Shown here in pieces: positions 7,471 to 8,599 of a stretch of DNA of 8,599 nucleotides. The DNA is from Azolla caroliniana (Eukaryota; Plantae; Polypodiophyta), in NCBI GenBank assembly GCA_043228905.1, contig JBHGNT010001429.1, forward strand, positions 1 through 8,599, in the 5' to 3' direction. Numbering within the stretch: the first letter of the stretch is position 1; each line of letters opens with the position of its first letter. The notes beneath the pieces are model-generated. The model was not told the DNA's origin. It saw nothing but the letters and a program-made list of their open reading frames with translations, and did no database searches. The translations under genes were made by a program, and so were the position numbers.

Positions 7471-7500
7471 TGATATAATAGGCACTGATATAATAGGCAC
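7471..7500. repeat. Perfect 15-nt tandem duplication (TGATATAATAGGCAC)x2
   Basis: Read directly; lies in the PAA2 intron 7317-7629. Confidence 0.92.
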
Positions 7501-7629
7501 ATTAAGTTTAACCTACAATCAATGTGCTTATTATTCCAGATCCATCAATTTCACTAAGGCATAAATCTAGTCAGAATCCATTGTTTAGATTTCAGAGTTC
7601 CATCTGTTCAAATCAGAGCTTGGACATAC

Positions 7630-7798
7630 CATTGCAACACAAAATCCTTTCCTCTGCAAGTCTGCAATTAAATCAGCTTTGTCTTTGGGTTTTAAGCCCC
7701 CATGCATATAATTTATGCCAAGACCTCCAGCAATGCTTGCAACTGCCTCTTCCCTGTCGCCAGACAGAACTAAAGTCTCTATCCCCATTTCCTGCAAA
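7630..7798 (-). CDS. PAA2: PAA2/HMA8 exon (LQEMGIETLVLSGDREEAV...GFCVAM)
   Basis: Acceptor TACAG (AG 7800-7799); 169 nt = 1 nt + 56 codons; SGD motif (TGD variant found in PAA1/PAA2); donor ATG/GTATGT at 7629. Confidence 0.93.
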
Positions 7799-7913
7799 CT
7801 GTATGAAGCCCAGAAGAAAAGAAGAAAATGAGTATCTTTTTATTAAAGCAACCAGTAATCCAGATTGCAGAAGGCCTTAAGAGAACGGTGCATTTGTATG
7901 ATAGGAAAGAGAC

Positions 7914-8401
7914 CTTTCAATGGTTAGTTTTGCATCTTTACGGAGATTGTCAGTCACAGCTATTGCTCCTACAATGCCCATGCCTTCCATGCCCACATAT
8001 ACGGTGGTCTTTGACTCACTGACTGACAGAGATCCCATTTTGTTCATCAGAATTCCACTTAGCTGTTTCTCCAACATATTTAGCACAACCGGTAAACTTT
8101 CTGATGGAACATCTTTAGAAGATTTCCTTTCACAGCACTCATATACCCAGTCAAACAAGCCAACAGCCACAATCTTTCCTCCAATCTCAGCCAAAGCGCC
8201 ATAACCTGGCTCAGTTAAATGACCAGTGGTAGACGGAAGATCAAGATTCATTCTGTCAGATTCCTTTATTATTGCTGAGGCAATTGGATGACGTGTATGT
8301 CTCTCAACAGCTGCAGCTAGGCTCAGAACTTCCTCATCTGTGTAAACGCCAGCACTGGCAATTGCAGATACAGTCGGCTTACCTAAAGTTAAAGTTCCTG
8401 T
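7914..8401 (-). CDS. PAA2: Copper-transporting P1B-ATPase PAA2/HMA8, exon encoding the P/N domains
   Basis: Acceptor TAG then ACA GGA ACT TTA ACT = TGTLTLGKP (DK of the DKTGT motif would lie in an upstream exon outside the window). Contains AAAVERHTRHPIA (HP motif), LTEPGYGALAEI and SKTTVYVG. 488 nt, ends phase 2 at AG/GTCTCT. Confidence 0.93.
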
Positions 8402-8599
8402 CTACAACTCAGGAAGAAAAATATTTGAAATCGTTATGAAATAAAATTCTATTTCTTAAAAGGTAACAAAAGTAAGTTGAGTCCAATGACCATTAAAGAT
8501 GCACACACATGGCATATACATACTGGAAAATAGAACCTTTTGGTGTTAACTATATAGCTATGTGGATGAATGCATGTAAATAGGTCATCCGTTGATTCT

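Noticed and set aside
7198-8204. + strand ORFs 7198..7455, 7211..7396, 7524..7880, 7828..8022, 7920..8204
   Set aside because: Antisense shadows of PAA2 exons.
6510-8251. ORF-track proteins 6510..6701, 7585..7797 and 7877..8251 as separate small genes
   Set aside because: They are PAA2 exons read through into introns; homology stops at GT donors.
1-8599. CRISPR array, tRNA, rRNA or prokaryotic operon features
   Set aside because: No repeat-spacer array or RNA-gene signature seen; the sequence is intron-containing plant nuclear DNA.

Overview
Eukaryotic, land-plant nuclear DNA. The PPR and LINE sequences look fern-like from memory of these families; that placement is an inference. Two genes converge tail to tail. 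On the + strand is a long uninterrupted PLS-class pentatricopeptide-repeat ORF (open 1428..4028, first ATG 1464) with 23 PPR motifs, an E1 motif and a damaged E2, and no DYW domain. On the - strand are the last five exons of a chloroplast Cu-transporting P1B-ATPase of the PAA2/HMA8 type (8401-7914, 7798-7630, 7316-7185, 6701-6551, 4924-4827), all GT-AG and phase-consistent; the gene continues past the window end. Its 1.6-kb last intron holds an antisense, decayed LINE reverse-transcriptase fragment next to a (TC)16 microsatellite. I see no clearly new biological system. The best leads are a probable hidden N-terminal exon of the PPR gene with two competing in-frame acceptors (one including a stop codon), the eroded E2/no-DYW C-terminus, a Gly-rich PPR recognition code, and possibly overlapping 3' UTRs.
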